A stretch of DNA of 64,000 bases from an uncultured Actinomycetota bacterium. Lineage in GTDB: Bacteria > Actinomycetota > Actinomycetes > Propionibacteriales > Nocardioidaceae. The notes under the pieces are model-generated. The model was not told the origin of the DNA. It saw only the letters and a program-made list of their open reading frames with translations, and did no database searches. Location: assembly GCA_963723255.1 (NCBI GenBank), contig CAVRQA010000012.1:33555-97554 (forward strand), given 5' to 3'. Made by a program: the position numbers and the translations under genes. Positions 8,926 through 19,219 of this stretch are shown piece by piece; the first letter of the stretch is position 1; every line of letters starts with the position of its first letter.

Positions 8926-11900
8926 CTAGGGGGACGGCGGCGGCGGCACCGTGATCGCCCGGGTCGTGGTGGCCGACTTCCCCCACCCGTCCGTGGTCGT
9001 GAGCGTCACCGTGTAGGTGCCGGCCGCGGGGAACGTGCGGTTCGACGGGACGACGAGGTGCTCGTCGACGGAGGCGTCCCGAAGCCGAAGTCCCAGGCGT
9101 AGGTGATCGTGTCGCCGGTGTTGGGGTCCGCCGTACCGCACTGGAGAAGCTGCAGGTCAGGTTCGTGCATATCGGGGCGTTGATCACGGGCACGGGCGCG
9201 GCGTTGTTCGCCGGCTCGGTGAACGTGACGTCCCTGGTCTGCGAGCTCGCCCTGCCCCAGCCGTCCGTCGTCGTGAGCGTCACCGTGTAGATGCCCGCCG
9301 CGGGGAACGTCTTCGACGGGGCGGACGACGTGCTCGTCGAGACGGGGGTGCTGCCGAAGTCCCACAGGTAGCTGAACGTGTCGCCGGGGTTGGGGTCCGC
9401 CGACCCGACACCGGAGATGTTGCAGGTCAGGCCGTTGCACGCCGGCGGGTTGATCACGGCCGTGGGCGCGACGTTGTCCGTCGGCTCGGTGATCGTGACC
9501 TTCTGGGTGACCGGTGCGCTGGCAACGCCCCACTCGTCGGTCACGGTCAGCGTCACGGTGTAGGTGTTCGCCGAGGTGTACGTGCGGGTCGGGCTTCGGG
9601 CCGCTGCCGGTGCGTTCCCGTAGTTCCAGGAGTAGGTCAGCGTGGCGGCGTTCTCGTCGGTCGAGGTGCGACCGTCGAACTCGCAGAGTTGGTCGCGGTC
9701 GCGGGCTGCCCGGGCGCCGGGCACGTGAAGGTGAAGTTCGCGACCGGTGCCGTGTTGCCCGGCGGGTGGGTCACGGTGACGTGGCGCACCGCAGGCGGGG
9801 TCGTGGCCTGGTCGTGGTTGTCGATGCCCTGGATCGCACCGTGTAGGCACCCGGGGGCACCACCGGCGTGGTGTAGGAGAAGTTCGACCCCGGCGTTCCC
9901 GGGCTGGTCAGGAACGCCGTGCGCCAGCTGCTTGTTCGTGCTCGGGAACGCGCCGCTGGAGCTCATGTAGCGAGCTGCTGAGTCGATGATCGAGACCTGC
10001 ACGGGCTGCATCGCCTGGTCGTCCTCGGCCCGGCCGCTGACGAAGATCCGGCCGTCGTTGAACGTGGTGTTCTCGGTCGGGGACAGGAGGGTCTCGGTCA
10101 GGGTCGGGGCCACGTCACCGGGGTAGATCCGGTAGCGCGCCGTCGCGCCCGAGGTGCAGGTGTCGGTCTGACCCGCGTTGTCGACGGCGTACGCCGTGAC
10201 GTTCCAGTCGCCGCCCTGCGGCAGGTCACCGGCAGGGTCAACGTCGTCGACGTCGCGCCCGGGGTGGCCAGCGTGGCCGAGCGGGTGGCGAAGCCGTGCC
10301 CAGGGTGCCGTTGGGCTGCAGGTACTTGCTGGTGTCGTCGTCGTAGAGCGTCAGGTTGACCGCGCTGACGCCCTTGTCGTCGGTCGCCGTGCCGGCGAGG
10401 TTCAGGTGCAGCGACTGTCCACCCGTCAGGGTGCCGGTCACGGTGAGCCTGCCGTCGGGGGGAGCGTCGCCGGGGACCTGGGCGTTGACGGTGAGCGGGC
10501 CCCGGTTGGTCGACGACGTGACCAGACCGAGGTCGTCGGTCGCCCTGACCTGGAACCAGTAGCTGCCCGGCTTGAGGTTGAACGGCGTCGTGTAGCTCCA
10601 GTTGTGGCTGCTCTGTTCATGCCGGGCGGGGAGATGCGGTACCAGTCCTGGAGCACGTCGGTGCTCCAGGTGCCGTCGAACCGAGGTTCTCGCGGGTCGT
10701 GGTGTTGCGCAGCGGGATCTCGACGCTGTTCAGGGTGCCGTCGTCGTCGGCCGACCCCGAGAAGGTGATGGGGCTGCCGGGCGCGACGACCAGCGTCGGC
10801 GCCGCGGTGGGTGGAAGCATCGTCGTCGGGCGCTGATCGACACCGTCGGTGCCTCGCCGTCCTCGCTGACGATCCACGTGCGGTCGGCGGTGTCGAGGTC
10901 GGACTGGCCGGCCGTGTCGACGGCGCGGGCCTGGGCCTTCCAGGTGCCCTCGATCGGCACGGTGATCTCCCGCGACCACGTCGTGCTCTTGGCGCCGACG
11001 ACGTCGGGTGTGATCCGGAAGGTGTGACCGGACGAGGAGACGGTGCCGTCGGCCTGCAGGTAGCGGTTGCCGGCGTCCTGGATGGTCATGCCGACCGAGT
11101 TCACGCCCGTGTCGTCGGTGGCGGTGCCGGTGACGATGAAGGTCATCGTCTTCACCAGGGTGGAGGACGGACCGGTGACCTCGGTGTTCGGCGGCTCGTT
11201 CGGTGAACCCGAAGGTCTCGGTCTTCTTCACCGCCTTCGTGTTGTCGCCGGTGCCGGCCGAGGACCGTGTGCGCGCACGCAGCTGCAGCTTGCGGTTGCC
11301 GGTGATGGTCAGCGGCAGCGACCAGTCCGTGGTCCGCGCTCCGGTGGTCGCGAGGTTGGCGTTGATCGAGTTGAACGTGGTGCTCCACGTGGTCAGGTCG
11401 TCCGCGAGGTAGCGGCGGGCGTCGCGGTCGTAGACCTCGAGCTCGACCCGGTTGACTGCTGCCGGTCGGAACCGAAGCGGTGCCCTTGACCGTCCACTCC
11501 TGCGCGGTCGGGTTGACGCGGCCCTCGATGGGCTCGGTGATCGCGGTCTCGACCCCGTTGCTGGCCGGCACGGAGTTGAAGTCGTAGAACGCGAACGCGG
11601 CCGACGTTGTAGCCGCCCTGCGTGGGGGCGTCACCGCCGGTGAACAGACCCCGGGGGGTGACCTCCATGGCCTTGTTGCCCTCGTAGGAGATCGAGCCGG
11701 GGTTCCACTCGAGCGCCTTGCCGTCGGCCGGGTTCAGGGCACCGACGTGCTCGCGGTTGACCACGGCGTCGCCGAGGCCGTAGCCGGAGAGGCCCTGGCC
11801 GGTGCCGTAGCCCACGTCGTCGAGGCCCGGCCACGGGTCCGGAGCGGTCGGGGACTCGTTCCAGGCGAAGTGGCCACCGATGTAGATGGCCTTCTCCGAG

Positions 11901-13859
11901 ATCGCGACGCGAGTAGACGCTGTCGTAGCAGCGCGAGATCCACTGCGGCTGCATGTCGTCGCCGCCGTCCATGGGGAACTTGACGACGGTGTCGTTGATC
12001 GGCGGACGGTCACCGCCGGAGCCGCTGGTCACGACGAACCACGCGTCGTCGGGCGAGATGGCGGCCGCGTCGACGGGCGTTGATGCCGCCGACGAACTGC
12101 AGGTTGTCCTGCCAGAGCCGGGTGTGCCACGGCAGCAGCTGCTTGGTGGCGGTGCTGATCAGCGCCACGCCGTAGCGGTCCTGGCCGTTGATCTGGCGGC
12201 CGGTGTGGACGACCAGCAGCTTGGTCTGGTCGTGGGTGAGCAGGAGCCGCTGCACGGTGAGGACGCCGCCGACGCCGATGCCGCCGCTGAGGTTGTTCAC
12301 GAAGCCGGTGTCGACCGCGCCGGTGTTGGCGTCGACCGCCGCGAGGCTGACGCGCGGGAGTACCGTTGACCTTGGTGAAGCGGCCGCCGACGTAGACCGT
12401 GGAGTTGGTCGCGACGAGCTCGGCCGCGCGGGCGTCGAGGTTGGCGACGAACCCGGTGATGGGGGCACCGGTGGTAGATGTTGAGGCGGGCCAGCCCGCG
12501 GCGGGTGATGCCGTTGACGGCGCTGAAGCTGCCCGCGATGTAGAGCCTGGTGCCGTCGGGTGACGCCTCGACGGCGTCGACTCCGCCACCCGTGATCCCG
12601 GGTTGAAGGTGGTGTCGACGAGCCCGGTGTTCATGTTGTACGACGCCAGGCCGGTGCGGGTGTAGGTCGTGGTGTTGCCCGGGCGCTGGTTCTGGATCGA
12701 GGTGAACGTGCCGACGATGAACACCCGGGCGCCGACGATCTCGATGTCCCAGATCTCGCCGTTGCTGATCTTCGGCATGTCGGTGCGCGGCTGTCTCGGG
12801 CACCAGCGTGGTGTGGCCGGGGCCCGGGCCGGCCGGGCGCGGTCGGGCTCACGGTGCGGGTGGTCTGGGCGGTGGTGGTGCCGTCGTTGACGGTGAGGGT
12901 GACGGTGCGGGTGCCGGCGGTGGCGTAGGTGCGGGAGGAGGTGATGCCGGTGCCGGTGGTGCTGTCGCCGTAGTTCCAGGCGTAGGTGAGCGGGTCGTTG
13001 TCGGGGTCGGTGGTGGCGGTGGCGTCGAAGTTGCAGGTCAGGTCGGTGCAGGAGGTGGTGAAGGAGGGCACCGGGGGCTGGTTGGCCGGTGGGGTGGTGG
13101 CGGTGCCGGGGCTGATCACGACGGAGAACAGCTGGGTGCCGCCGCCGGCGGCGCTGGTGGTCGCGGTGCGGCCGGTGGCGGTGCCGGTGGCCACGGGGGC
13201 GCCGGAGTCGGCGAGCAGGGAGCTGACCTTGCCGCTGCCGGTGGAGGCGGGGGTGGCGCGGGTGGTGCTGGTGGCGGGCTTGGTCCAGGTGATTGGGTTC
13301 GGTGGAGGACTTCTCGCTCCAGGAGTTGACCAGCCAGGAGCCGGGCTGGGCCACCGCGACCGCGGGGGCGGTGTGGCTGGTGGTCGAGGTGGTGCCCGAC
13401 GGTCTGGGCCGAGGCGGTGACCGCGGAGGTGCCGACGTCGCTGCGGTAGACCGCGACGCTCATGGTGTCCTTGATGGTCGCCGAGGAGATGACGGTGACG
13501 TTGGTGCCGGCGTCGCCGGCGGTGGCCTGCCTGGTCCAGGCCGGCCGCGGGTGGCGGTGCCGTCCTGGCCGCGCAGCAGGGTCCAGCCCGGCGGGGCTGC
13601 CCAGGGTGCCGTTGAGGGTGTTCACGGTCATGAACAGCACCATCGTGTCGCCGGCCTGCACCGCACCCGGCAGCGCCACGGTGTGGTTGAGCCGGTTGCC
13701 CGCGCTGCTCGAGGCCGCCACGAACGACAGCACCGGATCGGCGGCGTTGGCCGCCGGAACCGGACTCAACCCCAAAGCCGCGAGGGCCCCGACAAGTGCG
13801 GTGACCAGGACTGGGACAAGCCGCGTGTGAGCGCGCGCGGTGACGTGGCGAGAAGACAT
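8926..13859 (-). CDS. Large secreted PKD/beta-propeller/Ig-like repeat protein, copy 2 (~1650 aa; many frameshifts; three C-terminal PKD modules)
   Basis: ATG 13859 MSSRHVTARAHTRLVPVLVTALVGALAALG...ANAA signal; colinear with copies 1 and 3; ends ...TDGWGKSATTTRAITVPPPPSP*. Confidence 0.82.
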
Positions 13860-13880
13860 GCGTGAAACCCCCGTTTTCAT

Positions 13881-13962
13881 GGGCCCCGTCGCGGAAGCCC
13901 GTGCCGTATCTTCAGCCCGATGTGGTGCTTTCCACCACAACCGGTCGTAATGGGTCTAGTCC
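13881..13962 (-). promoter_or_regulatory. Upstream cassette of PKD copy 2
   Basis: GGTCTAGTCC 13953-13962, GAAGAT (-) 13908-13913, hairpin 13881-13900. Confidence 0.65.
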
Positions 13963-14034
13963 GGAGCGCGGCGACCGTCGGGCGTTCTACCCGTTATCGG
14001 TATAAACCGGGCAGACGTCCAGGTGTGCGAAAAG

Positions 14035-14061
14035 GGCCCCTCCGGAGTAGCCGGAGGGGCC
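14035..14061 (-). terminator. Terminator-like hairpin after PKD copy 3
   Basis: GGCCCCTCCGG-agtag-CCGGAGGGGCC, perfect 11-bp stem. Confidence 0.8.
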
Positions 14062-14083
14062 GTTCGGCACCGCGCTGCGGTTG

Positions 14084-17000
14084 CTAGGGACTGACCGTGA
14101 CCGATCTGGTCACCGTGCTCGCCTTGCCCCAGCCGTCCGTCGTCGTCAGCCTCACCACGTAGGTGCCTGCCGCGGGGAAGGTGTGCGCCATGGCCGAGGA
14201 GGTGCTCGTCGGCGTGCCGTCGGCGAAGTCCCACAGGTAGGTGAACGTGTCGCCGACGTTGCTGTCCACCGAGCCGACCCCGGAGAAGTTGCACACCAGG
14301 CCGCTGCACGACGGCGGGTTGAGCACCGGCGTGGGCGCGACGTTGTTGGTCGGCTCGGTGATCGTGACCGTCTTGGTCACCGGCGCGCTGGCGATGCCCC
14401 ACTCGTCGGTCACGATCAGCTGCACCGTGTAGGTGCCCGGCGCAGTGAACGTGCGGATCGGCTTCGGCCCGGTGCCGGTGCTGCTGGTGCCCAGGGTGTA
14501 GGTCCAGGCGTAGGTCAGCGTGGCGGCGTTCTCGTCGGTCGAGGTGCGCCCGTCGAACTCGCAGACGTTGGTCGCAGTCGCGGCCTGCCCGGGCGCCGGG
14601 CACGTGTTGGTGAACTTCGCGACCGGAGCCGTGTTGCCCGGCGGGTGGGTCACGGTGACGTGACGCACCGAGGGCACCGCCGTCACCTGGTCGTGGTTGT
14701 CCATGCCCCGCACGCTGATCGTGTAGGCGCCCGGGGGCACCACCGGCGAGGTGTAGGAGAAGTTCGAGCCGGGCGTCCCGGGGCTGGTCAGGAACGCCGA
14801 TCGCCAGCTCTCGGTCGTGCTGGTGAAGCCCCGGTCGAGCTCATGTAGCGACCGGCTGTCGACGATCGCGAGCTCGGCGCGCTGCATGGCCTGGTCGTCC
14901 TCGGCCCGTCCACTGACGAAGATCCGGCCGTCGTCGAAGACGGTGTTCTCCGTGGGCGCCAGCAGGGCATCGGTGATGGTCGGTGCCGCGTCACCGGGGT
15001 AGACCCGGTAGCGAGCCGTGGCGCCCGTGGTGGAGAGGTCCAGCTGACCGGCCGTGTCGACGGCGGAGGCCGTGACGTTCCAGTCGCCGCCCTGCGGCAG
15101 CGTGACGGCGAGCGTCCAGTTCGTCGACGTCGCGTTGGGCGAGGCCAGCGTGGCCGTGCGCGTCGCGTACGCCGCACCCAGCGTGCCGTTCGGCTGCAGG
15201 TACTTGCTGGTGTCTCCGTCGAACAGCGAGACCCGCACCGCCGCGACGCCCTTGTCGTCGGTGGCCGTGCCGGCGAGGTTGAGGTTCAGCGACTGACCGC
15301 CGGTGACGGTGCCGGTCACGTTCAGGAGGCCGTTCGGCGGCGTGTCACCGGGCACCTGGGCGTTGACCGTGAGGGACCCCCGGTTGGCCGAGGGCGTGGT
15401 GAGCCCGAGCGTTGTCGGTGGCCCGGACCTGGAACGAGTAGCTTCCGGGCGTGAGGTTGAACGGCGTGGTGTAGCTCCAGTTGTAGCTGGTGCCGCTGAG
15501 GTTGATCGGCGAGATGCGGTGCCAGTCGTTGATCGCGTTCTCGCTGCACGTGCCGTCGGCGGCGAGGTTCTCGCGGGTGGTGGTGTTGCGCAGCGTGATC
15601 TCGACGAGATGAGTCCTCGTCGTCGGTGGCCGAACCGCGGAACGTCAGCGGGCTGCCCGGGGCGGTGACGTACGGCGATGCGGCAGCCGTCGGCGGCACC
15701 ATCACGGCCGGTGCACTGATGGACACGCTCGGAGCCGCGCCGTCCTCACTGACGACCCACGTGCGGTCACCGGTGTCGAGGTCTGACTGGCCGGTCGTGT
15801 CGGTGGCGCGGGCCTGGGCCTTCCAGGCGCCCTCCGTCGGCACGGTGATCTCCCGTGACCACGTCGTGTTGAGGGAGCCGACCACGTCGGGCGCGAACCG
15901 GAAGGTGTGGCCGGCCGAGGCGACACTGCCGTCGGCCTGCAGGTAGCGGTTGTTGGCGTCCCGGATGGTCATGCCGATCGACTGCACGCCCACGTCGTCG
16001 GTGGCCGTGCCGGTGACCGTGAAGGTCATCGTCGGCACCAGGGTGGCGGACGGTCCGGTGACGTCGGTGTTCGGCGGCTGGTCGGTCAGGCCGAAGGTCT
16101 CGGTCTTCTTGATCGCCCACGTGTTGTCGCGGCGTGCCTGTCGAGGCAACGGTCCGGGCGCGCAGCTGGATCTTGTGGTTGCCGGTGACGGTCAAGGGGA
16201 GCGACCAGTTCGCGGTCCGCGTACCCGTGCTCTGCCGGGTCGCGTTGACGGTGTTGGCGGTCGTGCCCCACGTGGTCAGGTTGTCCGCGAGGTAGCGGCC
16301 GTTCTCACGGTCGCGGATCTCCAGCTCGACGCGGTTGATGGTGGTCCCACTCGGCACCTGGGCCGTGCCCCGGACCATCCACTCCTCGGCGACCGGGTTC
16401 ACCCGGCCTTCGATCGGATCGGTGATGGTGGTCTCGACGCCGTTGCTCGCCGGCACGGTGTTGAAGTCGTAGAACGCGATGCGGCCGATGTTGACGCCGC
16501 CCTGGGTGGTGGCGTCACCGCCGGTGAAGAGCCCGCGCTGGTGGATCTCCATGGCCTTGTTGCCCTCGAAGGAGTTCGAGCCCGGGTTCCACTCGAGCGC
16601 CTTGCCGTCGGCCGGGTTCAGGGCCCCGAGGTGCTCGCGGTTGACCACCGCGTCGCCGAGGCCGTACCCCGACAGGCCCTGGCCGGTGCCGTAGCCCACG
16701 TCGTCCAGGCCGGGCCACGGGTCGGTGGCGCTCGGCGACTCGTTCCACGCGAAGTGGCCACCGATGTAGACGGCCTGCTCGGAGATCGCGACCGAGTAGA
16801 TGCTGTCGAAGCAGCGCGAGATCCACCGGGGCTGGACGTTGTCCCGCCGTTCATCGGGAACGCCATGGCCGTGTCGTTGATCGGCGGTCGGTCACCGCCG
16901 GAGCCGCTGGTGACGACGAAGCAGGAGTCGTCCGGAGCGATGGCGGCGCCGTACGCCCGCTGGATGCCGCCGACGAACTGCAGGTTGTCCTCCCACAGGC

Positions 17001-18726
17001 GGGTGTGCCACGGCAGCAGCTGCTTGGTGGTGGTGTTGATCAGCGCGACGCCGTAGCGGTCCTGGCCGGCGACCTGGCGGCCGGTGTGCACGACCAGCAG
17101 CTTGGTCTGGTCACGCGTGAGCAGCAGGCGCTGGACGCTGATCGCGCCGTTGACGCCGAGGCCGCCGCTGAGGTTGTTCACGAAGCCGGTGTCGACGACG
17201 CCTGTGTTGGCGTTGACTGCGGCCAGGCCCACGCGCGTGACGCCGTTGACCCTGGTGAAGCGGCCGCCCACGTAGACGCGTCGTGTTGGTCGCCACGACC
17301 TCGGTGGCGCGGGCGTCGGGGTTGGCCACGAAGCGGTGATCGGTGCGCCGGTGGTCAGGTTGAGGCGCGCGAGGCCCCGTCGGGTGACGCCGTTGACCGT
17401 GCTGAAGCTGCCGGCAACGAAGAGCTTGGTGCCGTCGGGCGTGGCCGCGACGGCGTCGACTCCGCCGCCGGCGAAGCGCGGGTTGAAGGTCGTGTCGACC
17501 AGCCCGGTGTCAGGTTGTACGACGCGAGGCCGTGCGGGTGTAGGTCGTGGTGTTGCCCGGGCGCTGGTTCTGGATCGAGGTGAACGAGCCGGCGATGAAC
17601 ACGCGGTTGCCGAGGACCGCGATGTCGAAGATCTCGCCGTTGCTGATCTTCGGCATGTCGGTGCGCGGCGTCTGGGGGACCAGTGCGGTGTGCCCGGGAC
17701 CGCCCGGCACCGGTGCGGTCGGGCTGACGGTGCGGGTGGTCTGGGCGGTGGTGGTGCCGTCGTTGACGGTGAGGGTGACGGTGCGGGTGCCGGCGCTGGC
17801 GTAGGTGCGCGAGGAGGTGACGCCGGTGCCGGTGTTGCTGTCGCCGTAGTTCCAGGCGTAGGTCAGCGGGTCGTTGTCGGGGTCGGTGGTGGCGGTGGCG
17901 TCGAAGTTGCAGGTCAGGTCGGTGCAGGAGGTGGTGAAGGAGGGCACCGGGGCCTGGTTGGCCGGTGGGGTGGTCGCGGTGCCGGGGCTGATCACCACCG
18001 AGAACAGCTGGGTGCCGCCGCCGGCGGCGCTGGTGGTGGCGGTGCGGCCGGGCGCGGTGCCGGTGGCCACGGGTGCGCCGGAGTCGGCGAGCAGGGAGCT
18101 GACCTTGCCGCTACCGGTGGCGGCGGGGGTGGCGCGGGTGGTGCTGGCGGCGGGCTTGGTCCAGGTCTGGGGTCGGTGGAGGACTTCTCGCTCCAGGAGT
18201 TGACCAGCCAGGAACCGGGCTGGGCCACCGCCACCGAGGGGGTGGTGTGGCTCGTGGCCGAGGTGGTCCCCGACGTCTGGCGGAGGCGGTGACCGCGGAG
18301 GTGCCGCCGTCGGTGCGGTAGGCCGCGACGCTCATGGTGTCCTTGATGTGGGCGCTGGAGGTGACGGTGACGTTGGCGCCGGCGTCGGCGGCGGTGGCCT
18401 GCTTGGTCCACGCGCGGCCGCGGGTGGCGGTGCCGTCCTTGGCCTGCAGCAGGGTCCAGCCCGCGGCGCGCCCAGGGTGCCGCTGATCGAGTTCACCGTC
18501 ATGAACAGCACCATCGTGTCGCCGGCCTGGACGCCCGCCGGGAGGGTGACGGTGTGGGCCGGTTGCCCGCGCTGCTCGAGGCCGCCACGAACGACAGCAC
18601 CGGATCAGCCGCGTTCGCCGCCGGAACGGGACCGAACCCCGCCACCGCGAGAGCGCCGACGAGAGCGGTGACCAGGACCAGGACGACTCGCGTGTGAACG
18701 CGCACGGTCACGTTCCGAACAGACAT
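14084..18726 (-). CDS. Large secreted PKD/beta-propeller/Ig-like repeat protein, copy 3 (~1550 aa; many frameshifts)
   Basis: ATG 18726 MSVRNVTVRVHTRVVLVLVTALVGALAVAG...ANAA signal; ORF fragments 17510-18070, 16618-17271, 15767-16699, 15322-16149 and 14084-15355 join into the same architecture. Confidence 0.82.
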
Positions 18727-18747
18727 GTGTTGAACCCCCGATTTGGT

Positions 18748-18829
18748 GGGCTCCGTCGCGGAAGCCCGTGTCGTATCTTCGGCCCAATGGGGTGCTTTCG
18801 CCCATAAGGACCCGGAATGGGTCTAGTCC
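18748..18829 (-). promoter_or_regulatory. Upstream cassette of PKD copy 3
   Basis: GGTCTAGTCC 18820-18829, GAAGAT (-) 18775-18780, hairpin 18748-18767. Confidence 0.65.
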
Positions 18830-18864
18830 AGGCACGTGTTGACGGCCAGCGTCCCGGCGACTGT

Positions 18865-19035
18865 CTAGGTGGCAGCAACGGTCACGACCCTGGTGATGGT
18901 GGTCGAGTTCCCCCAGCCGTCCGTGGCCGTGAGCCTGACGACGTACGTCACCGGGCGCGCCGAACATGCAAACACGGAGACGAGGGTCGCCACGAGCCGG
19001 CGCTGAGCATGCGCGGAAACGCGTGGTGCAGACAT
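18865..19035 (-). pseudogene. Internally deleted fourth PKD-family copy (56-aa mini-gene)
   Basis: MSAPRVSAHAQRRLVATLVSVF (signal-peptide start) is fused in frame to TYVVRLTATDGWGNSTTITRVVTVAAT* (last PKD strands). Confidence 0.75.
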
Positions 19036-19065
19036 GGCTGGAGTCCCCCCGGTTACCTGTTGCTT

Positions 19066-19149
19066 GGGCATCCGGGTGCGGACACCCGCTTCGTATCCTC
19101 GACCTGCGCTCGCGAATTCGCCCACTGGCAGCCCGGATGGGTCTAGTCC
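19066..19149 (-). promoter_or_regulatory. Upstream cassette of the mini copy 4
   Basis: GGTCTAGTCC 19140-19149, GAGGAT (-) 19095-19100, hairpin 19066-19087. Confidence 0.65.
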
Positions 19150-19219
19150 GCAGGTACGGCGCGCCATGCCGACCGGGTTCGCTCGGCGGGGACGAGTCGC
19201 GCCGTTAGCGTGGCCGGCA

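Noticed and set aside
13881-13962. c-di-GMP or c-di-AMP riboswitch in the array leaders (GAAAG-loop hairpin TGTGGTG/CACCACA in copy 2)
   Set aside because: The conserved core nucleotides of those aptamers are not evident, and the GAAAG hairpin is not kept in copies 1 and 4; promoter-like fixed spacing explains the conservation better.
4097-19149. Diversity-generating retroelement or invertase-driven shufflon acting on the array
   Set aside because: No reverse transcriptase, recombinase, adenine-specific TR/VR pair or inverted cassettes in the window; all copies are direct repeats.
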